NCBI GenBank assembly: GCA_026129525.1
Contig: JAHCHW010000007.1
Span: 132,561-196,560 of the forward strand
DNA from: Chitinophagales bacterium
GTDB taxonomy: Bacteria; Bacteroidota; Bacteroidia; Chitinophagales; LD1
Length of the DNA stretch: 64,000 bases
Reading direction: 5' to 3'
Shown here: positions 49,301 to 57,900 of the stretch, piece after piece
How the letters are laid out: every line of letters starts with the position of its first letter
Numbering within the stretch: the first letter of the stretch is position 1
Position numbers and translations under genes: made by a program
The notes under the pieces: generated by a model
The model's input: only the letters and a program-made list of their open reading frames with translations
What the model was told of the DNA's origin: nothing
Database searches by the model: none

Positions 49301-52300
49301 TCCGTTAGCTGCGCCCGGGCAAGTAACATCTACTTTGCTTAGCGAAGTGGTAATTGCCGAAGGTTGGGAAATGGTTGTTGAGAAAGTAGCCGTGCAAGTG
49401 TTGTTATCGGTAACGGTAACCGAGTATGTTCCTGTTGTAAGTGCATTTAAATCTTCGGTGATAGCATTATTGCTCCATGTGTACGAATAAAGCGGAGTAC
49501 CGCCAAATACGTTGATGTCAATACTTCCGTTATTGCCGCCAAAGCAACTCACATTGGCACTGCCTGCTAATACTACAACAAGTTGCGATGGTTGCGTAAC
49601 AGTGAATGATGCGCTGGCTGAACAACCGGCAAAGTCAACCACTATTACATTGTAAATGCCGGCAGAAATATTTGTGAGGTCTTCGGTAGAAGCACCATTG
49701 CTCCAAGTATATGTATATGGCAACGCACCACCGCTCACGTTAATGTCAATGGCACCTGTTAAAGTACCGTTGCACTGAATGTTGGTTACACTACCGGTAA
49801 TGTTTAAAGGCAATCCTTCATTCACTACGGCTGTATTTGCAGCATTGCATCCTTTCGAATCGGTTACAACAACTGTGTAAGTACCTCCGGAAACACCGCT
49901 TATATCTTGGGTAGTAACTCCGTTGCTCCATAAGTAATTATAGCCCGGAGTTCCTCCGCTTACAGTTAAATCAACGCTGCCGTTCAACGCACCAGCACAA
50001 CTTACATGTGTTACACTTACTGAGGTAGAAATAAGCGTTGGCTCGGTAAGAGTTTGCGAAACTGTTTTAACGCAGGCATTCGCATCGGTTACAGTAACAC
50101 TGTAAGTACCTGCATGCAATCCGTAAATATCTTCGAATGTGCTTCCCGTACTCCAGTTAAATGAATATGGAGGTACTCCACCGCTTGCCGTTACATCAAT
50201 AGCCCCTGATGAATCGTTAAAACAATTCAGATTGTTGTACGAAGCTACAGTAAGGAACAGTGGAAGCGGCTGCGAAATGGTTACGCCCGCAGCTGTTGAA
50301 CAACCTTTTGCATCGGTAACGGCTACGTTGTACGTTCCGGCAGTAACTCCGGTTATATCTTCGGTAGTTGCACCATTGCTCCACAAGTACGAGTAAGGAG
50401 CAGTTCCGCCTAACACCGTAATGTAAATACCTCCTGAACTTCCCCCATTGCACAAAATGCTCGAAACAGAATCAACAATTGCTTGTAACAGGTTGGGTTG
50501 AATAATGTTTACATTCACGTAATCAGTGCATCCTTTCGAATCACGCAGCACGGCTACATAATTTCCTGCCGCTAAACCGGTAAATGTTGGTACCGGCTGG
50601 AAAATAACCCCGTTAATTGAGTATGAGTAAGGCTGAATACCACCGGTAAGTTGTAGTGTAACAGTTCCATCAGAGCCGCCAAAGCACGAAACATCTGTTT
50701 GTGCTACAATGCTGCCCACAACGGCATAAGAATTATTTATGAGCACATGCGATGTATCTGTACATCCATTGTTGTCAATTACTTGAATAACATACGTTCC
50801 GCCTGCATAGCCGGAAAACACATTGCCTGTTTGCGAAGGACCGCCATTAATTGAATAAGAATACGGTGCAGTTCCTCCGGTAGCATTCACGGTTACAGTG
50901 CCATCGAACACATTCGCGCAACTTGCATCGACAACAGTAGTTGTATGGTTTAACTGCGAAGGTTGACCAACAACTACAGGATTTAATGGATAAGCCGATT
51001 GACAACCTAAGGCATCGCGTACCCATAAATTGTAAGACCCTATTGGCAAGCCTGTAAACAAAGCGGCAGTTTGGAACGTACTGCCGTTATTAATGGAATA
51101 CTGATAACCGGGATTACCCCCCGAAGCAGTAATCGTTATTGTGCCTGAACTTCCTCCAAAACAAAGAACATCGGTTACCGCTACGTTTGTAATAGCAGGC
51201 TGAGGTGCAACAGTTACAAGTGCACCACCTAAAAAACCTGATGTGCGAACACAGGTATTGGCATCGGTAATTTGCGAGAACGAATAAGTAACCGTTGATG
51301 CAGGTGCTACATGAGCGGTGTCGCCATTACTTACTCCGTTCTTAGTAAATACATTAGTGCCATCGGTATAAACCACATTGAATGGGCCAACACCTGCACT
51401 GAAATTAAATGTTATAACGGCCGAAGTTCCGCCACAAATAGTGGTGGTGCCGCTGATATTTCCGTTGGGCTGAGCATTTACCGTTACTGTTGTTGAGCCA
51501 CTTGCTGAACACGAGTTTTGATCGGTTACTGTAACGTTATAAGTACCTGACATAGCGGTGGTAGCGCTCGATATTGAGGGCGAGCCGGAAGTAGAATTGA
51601 AAGAAAAAGGGCCGGTCCAACTGTATCCGTAACCGGGTGTTCCACCCGATGCATTGGCGTTCAAGTTTATTTGCCCTGTAGCGCAAACCGGTGAATTACT
51701 GCTTGGCGCAACTAATGGTAATGCATAAACGGTAATTGTTCGGGTGGCTGTGGCTGCTGTGCAAGGTCCTGCACCATCAGGGTCGTTACTGGTTAACTGA
51801 AGTGTAACTGTTCCGTTAAAGTTAGCTGCAGGCGTATAGGTAACCGTTGCAGGGTTCGGTGTTTGCGCTGTACTGCTCAAACTTCCACCGCCACTTAGTA
51901 TTGACCATGCTGCGGTACTGCCCGCACCGCCAACGCTTGCACCGGTTAGGGTAATTGCTGACGGAGTTGCCGATTGGCAAACCGCATTCGGTCCTCCGGC
52001 TGTAACCGTTGCAGCTGCGTTTACTGTAATTGTTCTTGTTGCACTTACTGCTGTGCAAGGTCCTGCACCATCAGGGTCGTTAGTGAGCAGTTCCAAAACT
52101 ACACTTCCTGTATAGTTAGGTGCCGGAGTATAAGTTACGTTAGCAGGTGTTGGCGTTTGGGCAGTGCTGCTTAAACTTCCTCCACCGGAAACAATTGACC
52201 ATGCTCCTGTAGAAGCACTTCCTCCAACACTCGCCCCGCTTAGTGTTAGGGCAGAAGGACTCGCTGATTGACAAAGCGTATTTGGACCTCCGGCATTTAC

Positions 52301-53848
52301 AGTTGCTGCGGGGTTTACAGTAACTGTAACACATCCCGATGCCCATGTCCCCACGCTACAGTCAGGGGAACCGATTGGATCCACTAACACAGCATAGGTG
52401 CGTGTATTGGTTAAACCGGCAGGTGGGTCGTAAGAGGATGCCGTAGCACCGGAAATCAATGTCCAACCGGAAGTACCCGTACCAACCGGACAGGCAACCG
52501 TTCCATCCTGATAATACCATTGATAACTAAAAGTCCCCGTTCCGCCCGAAGGGCTTACAGACATGGCAGCAGGATTGGCAGTACCGCAAAAAGAACCTCC
52601 GCCACCGGTTACTGTTCCGTAGTTGATTTGTGGTAATACAGTTACGGTTAATGTGTTTGAGTTGGCTGTGCCGCAGGTGTTGGTAGCCACTCTCCTATAG
52701 CAGGTTGTTTGGGTAATTCCGGCAGGAATATCGTAAGTAGTGCCTGTTGCACCACCAATCGGGCCAAAACCTCCGGCACAATTCGCTTGCGATTCCCATT
52801 GGTAGGTAAATCCCCCAACACCACCTGATGCGGACGCAGAATTAGTAAATGCAACGGGATCGCCACCGTAGCAAACGGTTTGGTTACTGGCTACGGTACC
52901 TCCGGCAACAGATGAGGCAACTGTAATTGTGATAGGAAACCAACTTTGGCTTTGACAACCATTGTTGCGAGTATAGAGCCGTAAAGTTTTAGTTGATCCT
53001 ACAAATAATGTATATGATGACCCTGTAAATGTTGTAGTAATGTATGAAGCAGTTGACTCATCATAAATTGCGTACGTGCCTCCGGGGTACATTCCGGAAA
53101 GATTAAGTGTAACATTTCCTCCACCTGCACATAAGTTAGTTGCAGTAGCGGTCATGGTAGGGCGGGGTGGAGTCCAATAAACCTGCAACTCAGCACCTAC
53201 GTTATCGTTTTCTCCGCCACTTGAGCAGCCGCTGGTAAAGCGGTCGCCTATCCAAGCCGGGCCTAAGTTTGGAATTACTTGCGAACAAGGTGGGACTACT
53301 CGGAAAGGTATAGCATAATCAATATCCTGAGGTCCGCAGTGTTGATCTTCGGCAGAACAATCGCATCCGCAACTGGAGCAGCTTCCGTTGTAAACGTAGC
53401 TTTGCCCGTTGTAAGTGTTGCAACTTCCTAAACACAAAAATCCTCCGGCACAATCAAAACAATCATCTTCCCAACTTTCGGCACGTAACATTAAATATTG
53501 AGGAACATTTTGTGCGGTGGCACCGGCAGTACCGTACTGCTGAGTAAACAGCAAATTGGTTCCACTCCAAATCCAACCATAACTACTGGTATTTATACCG
53601 GTGGTTGTGCCGCCACGCCAGCTTTGTCCGTCTAAATCGGCATTGTCAGCTCCCCAAAAACGCCAGCGAAATTCGTTGGCATTAAGTTCGCCAAATACAA
53701 AATCATCCACACTTCCTACATAATGGTAAGTAGTGTAATAGCGCACTTCCATAGCCCCATCGGAAATTATTTGGGCATTGATTGGAGTAAAAAATCCTGC
53801 CAATAATGTGCAGGTTAAAAGCATGGTTAACAGTGTATAATTTCTCAT
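46316..53848 (-). CDS. Giant SprB-like cell-surface adhesin (2510 aa) with T9SS type B C-terminal domain
   Basis: Signal peptide. Cys-rich N-domain (CFDCAGGFLCLGSC...CSSCGCDC). Several Ig-like modules including a tandem duplicate of about 98 aa. 19 SprB-type repeats. CTD PSAFTPNGDGLNDFF...IRIFNRWGQQVY...WDG...TYVYRM. Confidence 0.92.
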   Translation of the reverse strand: MRNYTLLTMLLTCTLLAGFFTPINAQIISDGAMEVRYYTTYHYVGSVDDFVFGELNANEFRWRFWGADNADLDGQSWRGGTTTGINTSSYGWIWSGTNLLFTQQYGTAGATAQNVPQYLMLRAESWEDDCFDCAGGFLCLGSCNTYNGQSYVYNGSCSSCGCDCSAEDQHCGPQDIDYAIPFRVVPPCSQVIPNLGPAWIGDRFTSGCSSGGENDNVGAELQVYWTPPRPTMTATATNLCAGGGNVTLNLSGMYPGGTYAIYDESTASYITTTFTGSSYTLFVGSTKTLRLYTRNNGCQSQSWFPITITVASSVAGGTVASNQTVCYGGDPVAFTNSASASGGVGGFTYQWESQANCAGGFGPIGGATGTTYDIPAGITQTTCYRRVATNTCGTANSNTLTVTVLPQINYGTVTGGGGSFCGTANPAAMSVSPSGGTGTFSYQWYYQDGTVACPVGTGTSGWTLISGATASSYDPPAGLTNTRTYAVLVDPIGSPDCSVGTWASGCVTVTVNPAATVNAGGPNTLCQSASPSALTLSGASVGGSASTGAWSIVSGGGSLSSTAQTPTPANVTYTPAPNYTGSVVLELLTNDPDGAGPCTAVSATRTITVNAAATVTAGGPNAVCQSATPSAITLTGASVGGAGSTAAWSILSGGGSLSSTAQTPNPATVTYTPAANFNGTVTLQLTSNDPDGAGPCTAATATRTITVYALPLVAPSSNSPVCATGQINLNANASGGTPGYGYSWTGPFSFNSTSGSPSISSATTAMSGTYNVTVTDQNSCSASGSTTVTVNAQPNGNISGTTTICGGTSAVITFNFSAGVGPFNVVYTDGTNVFTKNGVSNGDTAHVAPASTVTYSFSQITDANTCVRTSGFLGGALVTVAPQPAITNVAVTDVLCFGGSSGTITITASGGNPGYQYSINNGSTFQTAALFTGLPIGSYNLWVRDALGCQSAYPLNPVVVGQPSQLNHTTTVVDASCANVFDGTVTVNATGGTAPYSYSINGGPSQTGNVFSGYAGGTYVIQVIDNNGCTDTSHVLINNSYAVVGSIVAQTDVSCFGGSDGTVTLQLTGGIQPYSYSINGVIFQPVPTFTGLAAGNYVAVLRDSKGCTDYVNVNIIQPNLLQAIVDSVSSILCNGGSSGGIYITVLGGTAPYSYLWSNGATTEDITGVTAGTYNVAVTDAKGCSTAAGVTISQPLPLFLTVASYNNLNCFNDSSGAIDVTASGGVPPYSFNWSTGSTFEDIYGLHAGTYSVTVTDANACVKTVSQTLTEPTLISTSVSVTHVSCAGALNGSVDLTVSGGTPGYNYLWSNGVTTQDISGVSGGTYTVVVTDSKGCNAANTAVVNEGLPLNITGSVTNIQCNGTLTGAIDINVSGGALPYTYTWSNGASTEDLTNISAGIYNVIVVDFAGCSASASFTVTQPSQLVVVLAGSANVSCFGGNNGSIDINVFGGTPLYSYTWSNNAITEDLNALTTGTYSVTVTDNNTCTATFSTTISQPSAITTSLSKVDVTCPGAANGSIDLTVGGGASPYTYLWNNGATTEDLQNITGGNYTVIVTDANACTAANSITVNEGLPLTITGIVTNVLCNGNTTGAVDITVTGGNTPYTYSWSNNASTQDIANVGAGNYTVTVNDVNGCSAVASYTVNQPASLVLTASVINVPCAGAATGSIDITVNGGVFPYSFAWSNNTTNEDAFFLTAGAYSVTITDVNSCTLTQSFNITEPLPLISFTQGVDVTCFGASNGAANLAVNGGTPPYSYLWSNFQGIEDITGLSGGMYFVIITDANGCTKKDSVFINEPAPLHLTTTISNISCYNANDGAIDLTVTGGTTPYSYAWSNGASTQDLANLQNGVYAVTVTDNNLCTATTSVTIINPSAITANFFAYHPKCFGSADGSIDLIPSGGTPSFTYLWNNGATTEDISGLTEGTYIVTMTDSKGCTKIDSATLTEPLPLVTSGFIKDVTCHGFSDGFIDITAYGGTLPYAFEWSNGPSTEDVGNLPGGNYYVTVTDANGCLAATLYPVKEPAVLTVNAVGTNLNCFGDNSGKVAAIPAGGRTPYYYLWNTFDTDSAVYGLPAGKYTVQLTDSSGCFTYDSIQLTQPTEIVISGVVTDAECFGAATGAVNISVTGGVPGYTFVWSNGAFTEDLQNVVANTYTVAVSDANGCLKSASFTVGQGNEILVSIASINPICNGGNTGTLTAIVSGGVAPYTYNWGTTPSQSGISVGGLVAGSYPLTVTDSKACSATETGVLTDPAKIVVSADVQGAKCFNVANGLVNTSVTGGFPPYTYLLNGVAQSGGNFVNLYPGSYTVLVSDVNGCQGTTDFVIASPGQISVDLGTTQQVILTGMETQLVAVATSDAPITHYFWVPDSLVNYNGCANPANCPAPYVFPRTTTTFLVYVMNADSCLASDTITITVLNQPSAFIPSAFTPNGDGLNDFFEFDLLGATNIEIRIFNRWGQQVYYNPSQPNGITQSNGWDGNVDGKKAPEDTYVYRMKVTYWDAVEKEFAGTVTIMK
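46874..51202 (-). repeat. In-frame tandem array of 19 SprB-type repeats (75-81 aa, mostly exactly 75 aa / 225 nt)
   Basis: The first Cys of each unit falls at aa 896, 976, 1055, 1133, 1209, 1284, 1359, 1435, 1510, 1585, 1660, 1735, 1810, 1885, 1960, 2035, 2110, 2185 and 2262 of the ORF. Confidence 0.88.
51728..52318 (-). repeat. Tandem duplication of a module of about 98 aa (about 296 nt) inside the giant adhesin gene
   Basis: aa 511-609 and aa 610-707 align end to end (..ATV.AGGPN..CQSA.PSA.TL.GASVGG..ST.AWSI.SGGGSLSSTAQTP.PA.VTYTPA....DPDGAGPCTA..ATRTITV). An exact DNA repeat of about 35 nt (ctgctgtgcaaggtcctgcaccatcagggtcgtta) occurs near 51755 and 52050. Confidence 0.85.
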
Positions 53849-53875
53849 AGTATATCTTCTTTCAGTTTAAGCTGT

Positions 53876-54703
53876 TTATTTTCCCTGTGTAGTTGTGCCC
53901 CATTCCGGATTCTTCTTTCGCTCCATATACTGCTTCCAATTTTTGCGATAGCTTGCGGCACTGAAATCGGCAGGAAAATCATAATCGTTACCGTAAGCTG
54001 CATCAAATTTTTCAGGGAAGAATATAAAAAGCCAGTTGCGTAGTTTAAGTTGGTAATCAAACTCATCGGCAAGTTCATCACCGGTGTTTAACTTAACCGG
54101 AGCGGCTTCAGTAACTTCAGCGCCAATAAAGCGGGGCAGGTATTGGATATCAACCTTGCCGGTTATGTACGGGTTAACTGCACGTATTTTCGGAGCATTC
54201 AAAAACGCAATATACTCTTTGGGGTAAAGCCTTTGCCACATTCCTACCCGCCTTTCAAAGTTTAAACCTTGCGTATCGCCTTTAAGAGTCATATCCAACT
54301 CAGGGAAATGCGGAAACAATCGCCCTTTTTCTTCGGATGTAACACCACTGGCTTTGTACCACCCGTACCATGAACTGTTTACTTGCTCGGGTTCTGTAAC
54401 ATACTTTGCAGGAATGCCGTATGTTGTCCATCCTATGCCGCTTTTTGTGAATTCAGGCAATGTGCTCAGCGCTGTCCACTCTGCCGGATGTTTTTCCAAC
54501 CAACTTATGAGTTGATTTTGGTAACTCCCTTTTTTATACTCCATTGGAAAATGAGGAGCCACATTTTTTACCCTTTCGATACTTACTTGCATATAATCGA
54601 ACAGAGAGAGAATGGGAGGTATGGTATTTTCAGTTTGAGCAAACAGTTTTGCCGAGCCGATAAAACAAAGCAACACTATTGTACGGTGTAGAACCTTTTT
54701 CAT
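53876..54703 (-). CDS. Secreted hypothetical protein (276 aa), first gene of the giant-adhesin operon
   Basis: Start moved to ATG 54703 (signal peptide MKKVLHRTIVLLCFIGSAKLFAQ). Trp/Tyr/Pro-rich with no recognised family. It ends 27 nt upstream of the 2510 aa gene. Confidence 0.6.
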   Translation of the reverse strand: MKKVLHRTIVLLCFIGSAKLFAQTENTIPPILSLFDYMQVSIERVKNVAPHFPMEYKKGSYQNQLISWLEKHPAEWTALSTLPEFTKSGIGWTTYGIPAKYVTEPEQVNSSWYGWYKASGVTSEEKGRLFPHFPELDMTLKGDTQGLNFERRVGMWQRLYPKEYIAFLNAPKIRAVNPYITGKVDIQYLPRFIGAEVTEAAPVKLNTGDELADEFDYQLKLRNWLFIFFPEKFDAAYGNDYDFPADFSAASYRKNWKQYMERKKNPEWGTTTQGK

Positions 54704-54902
54704 AGTAACATTTTTACAATTTGTGATTTTAGTGTGGGCGGTAAAAATAACTACCTGCGCTAAATAATACATAGGACATGAAAAAAATCAGGATGAATCG
54801 AAGGGGATGATAAACAGGCTTTTCCGTAAGTAGCATTTCCAAAAAAATTTTTTCGGGAAACAATTTCTTTTACTTTTAGCGCGCACTAAACTCCTACACC
54901 AA

Positions 54903-57900
54903 ATGAGAAAACTTTACTTGTTTCTCGTGTTTGCTATTGTCTTTAACGCAGCACAATCGCAGCAAACTACTTTCAGAATTCAGTATAACCTGGGCGAATT
55001 TGACATCCCCACGGGTATGGTGCAGGCACCTAATACTAATTACGTTTTTTCGGCAATGGTTACCCGGAATTTTTCAGGGTTGCCTTTGGGTGTTCAGGGA
55101 GGATTGGTACAAATTGACAAAAACGGAAACCATATCAGTTCTACTCTTTATCGGAACGGCTCTTTTACCAGTTCGGTTGATTTAGCCGATGTACAAAATG
55201 CAACAGGGGGTGGTTACATTGTTACAGGGAGTGCCAATAGTCAGTGTTTAGTAGCAAGGCTCACTGCCACTGGTGCAATTACATGGCATTACCGCTACAT
55301 TCCTGTTTCGGGTGCTAATTCGTATGGCAACAAGGTGATTCAGGCATCGGATGGTGGTTTTGTAATAGCCGGTGTGGCATCACGCGTTGACCCCGATGGC
55401 GGTGGACCTATAACAAGGCAGGATTCATCAAAAATGTATGCCTTTAAAGTAAATTCCAGCGGAACAGTTTTGTGGTCGAAAGTATTCTTCTACACCACTG
55501 CTTTCGATGATGATGATTACCTAAATGGTTTGGCAGAAACATCGGACGGCTATGTTTTTGTAGGCTCAGCAACTATGAGTGCAGGTAATGGCAACAGCGA
55601 TGCAGTAGTTATAAAAACCGATTTTAACGGTAACGTACAATGGGCGCGCAGATTCGGCAATAGCAATTCCGAAGATGTGCAATCTGTTATCCGCGATTCA
55701 GGGAATGATATTGTAATGACCGGTATTGACAATTTGGGCGGCTACATTTACAACTGGAGCGCACCCAATTCCGGACCAACAGTTATAGGCACCAACACCC
55801 GTTACTATGCAGCAGGCTTACCTGTAAGTGCAGGCAACCTTACCAAAACACACGACAACAACTTTGCTGTATTTGCATCGGGCGCATCGCTCAACAACTT
55901 TACATCCATATTGGTTAAGTCAAACCGTTCAACGGGGGCAGTTATGTTTGCCCGATCGTACAACTCTTTCATCTCCATTTTGCCAACCGGTATTATGGCT
56001 GCCGATTCAGGATTTCTTATCAATTCACTTAGTGCCGATACTACAGGCTCGCTCGGATTTTACGATTTCGGTGTAACCAAAACCGATATCAATGGTACGC
56101 AAGGTACAGGTTCCACTTGTCCGCATTCTACTCCGGCCATACTTGCGCAGACTTACAGTCCGTCAATAAATACATTTACCCCAACAGTACCTGCATTAAC
56201 CGATGTTCGCAATAGCGGTGGCGTAACTACAACAACCATTACACCGGGTGTTGTGGTAGGTTGTAAGTTTATTGTTTGCAATGCCCCACCGGCACCATCG
56301 GCTTCAGCTTCACAAAACAACATTTGCCCGGGTACACAGGTTACAATTTCGGCTACGGGCGGAAGTAATGTTACTTACAAAGTTTATTTACAGGCAAGCG
56401 GAGGAAACTCAATCGGCAACGCCCCATTAAATGTTACACCAAGTTCAACTACTACTTACTATGTAGCGGCTGATGATAACACTAATCCGGGCTGCGAAAG
56501 TTCGCGCACACCGGTAACCGTTACGGTTATTCAGCCACCCGCAGCTATCGGGAACATTACCGGAGCTACTAACCCTTGCCCGGGAACTCAATCGTATTCT
56601 ATTTCCGCAGTAACCGGAGCTACTTCTTATACTTGGGCACTATCGGGCGGTGGAACAATTACAGGCGGACAAGGAACTACATCAATTAACGTGAACTGGA
56701 CAGCTGCCGGCACTTATACGGTTTCGGTAACCGCCACAAACACTTGCGGCAGCACCAACAAAACACTTTCTGTTACTGTGCAGGCAGGTCCACCGGCAGC
56801 AGTAGGAACTATTACGGGCAGCAATAACCCTTGCCCCGGCAGCCAGACTTACACAATTTCCAATGTTGCCAACGCTACTTCTTATACATGGACCGTTTCA
56901 GGAGGCGGAACTATTACAGGCGGACAAGGAACAACTTCGTTAACGGTTAACTGGACAACTCCGGGAGGTCCGTACATTGTTTCTGTATCGGCATCAAACC
57001 CTTGCGGCAATACATCGAACAGTTTAAACGTTACCGTGCAAAATGCTGCGCCCGGTACGCTCGGCAACATTACGGGTCCGGCAACACCATGTTTGGGCAG
57101 CCAAACCTATTCAGTAACAGCAGTAAGCGGCTCACCAACATACACATGGAGTGTTTCGGGAGGGGGCACCATTACAGGCGGGCAAGGAACTACATCGGTT
57201 ACGGTTAACTGGACAACAGCCGGAGGTCCTTATACGGTTTCGGTTACAGCATCTAATCCTTGCGGCAACAATAGTAAAACCCTCGCTGTAACAGTATCTC
57301 CGGCAATTACCGGGGTGGCGGCATCTGCAACTCCCAATCCTGCTTGCGTAGGTAATTCGGTTACATTAAACGGAAGCGGAAGCGGTGTTACTACATGGAG
57401 TTGGGCAGGCCCCAATAATTATTCATCGAATCTGCAAAGCCCTTCTATTTCGTCCATTACTTCAGCCGGAGGCGGAACTTACACACTTACGGCAAGCAGC
57501 GCTTGTGGTACGGCTACAGCCACCGTAAATTTAGTAGTAAACGATGTGCCGCAGAACGTTAGTGCTTCTGCCAGTCCTAATCCCGCCTGTGCAGGCAATA
57601 CCGTACTGTTGAGCGGCTCAGGCACCGGTGCTACATCGTGGAGTTGGAGCGGACCGGATAACTTTTCTTCCGCGCAACAAAGTCCATCGTTGCCCAATGC
57701 ACAAACTTCTGCAACAGGCACCTATACATTAACCGCAAGCAATGCCTGCGGAAACGCAACCACAACGGTTAATGTAACCGTAAACGATATTCCGCTATCG
57801 GTAACCGCCACAGCCAACCCGAACCCGGTTTGCGATGGAACCGTGCTAAACTTAAGTGGAACTGCGAACGGAGCTACAACCTACGCATGGAGCGGTCCAA

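Noticed and set aside
46874-51202. Regular 225 nt periodicity that might at first be mistaken for a repeat-spacer (CRISPR-like) array
   Set aside because: The period is far too long, the units are diverged rather than alternating exact repeats and unique spacers, and the whole region is one uninterrupted reading frame encoding SprB-type protein repeats. No cas genes are present.
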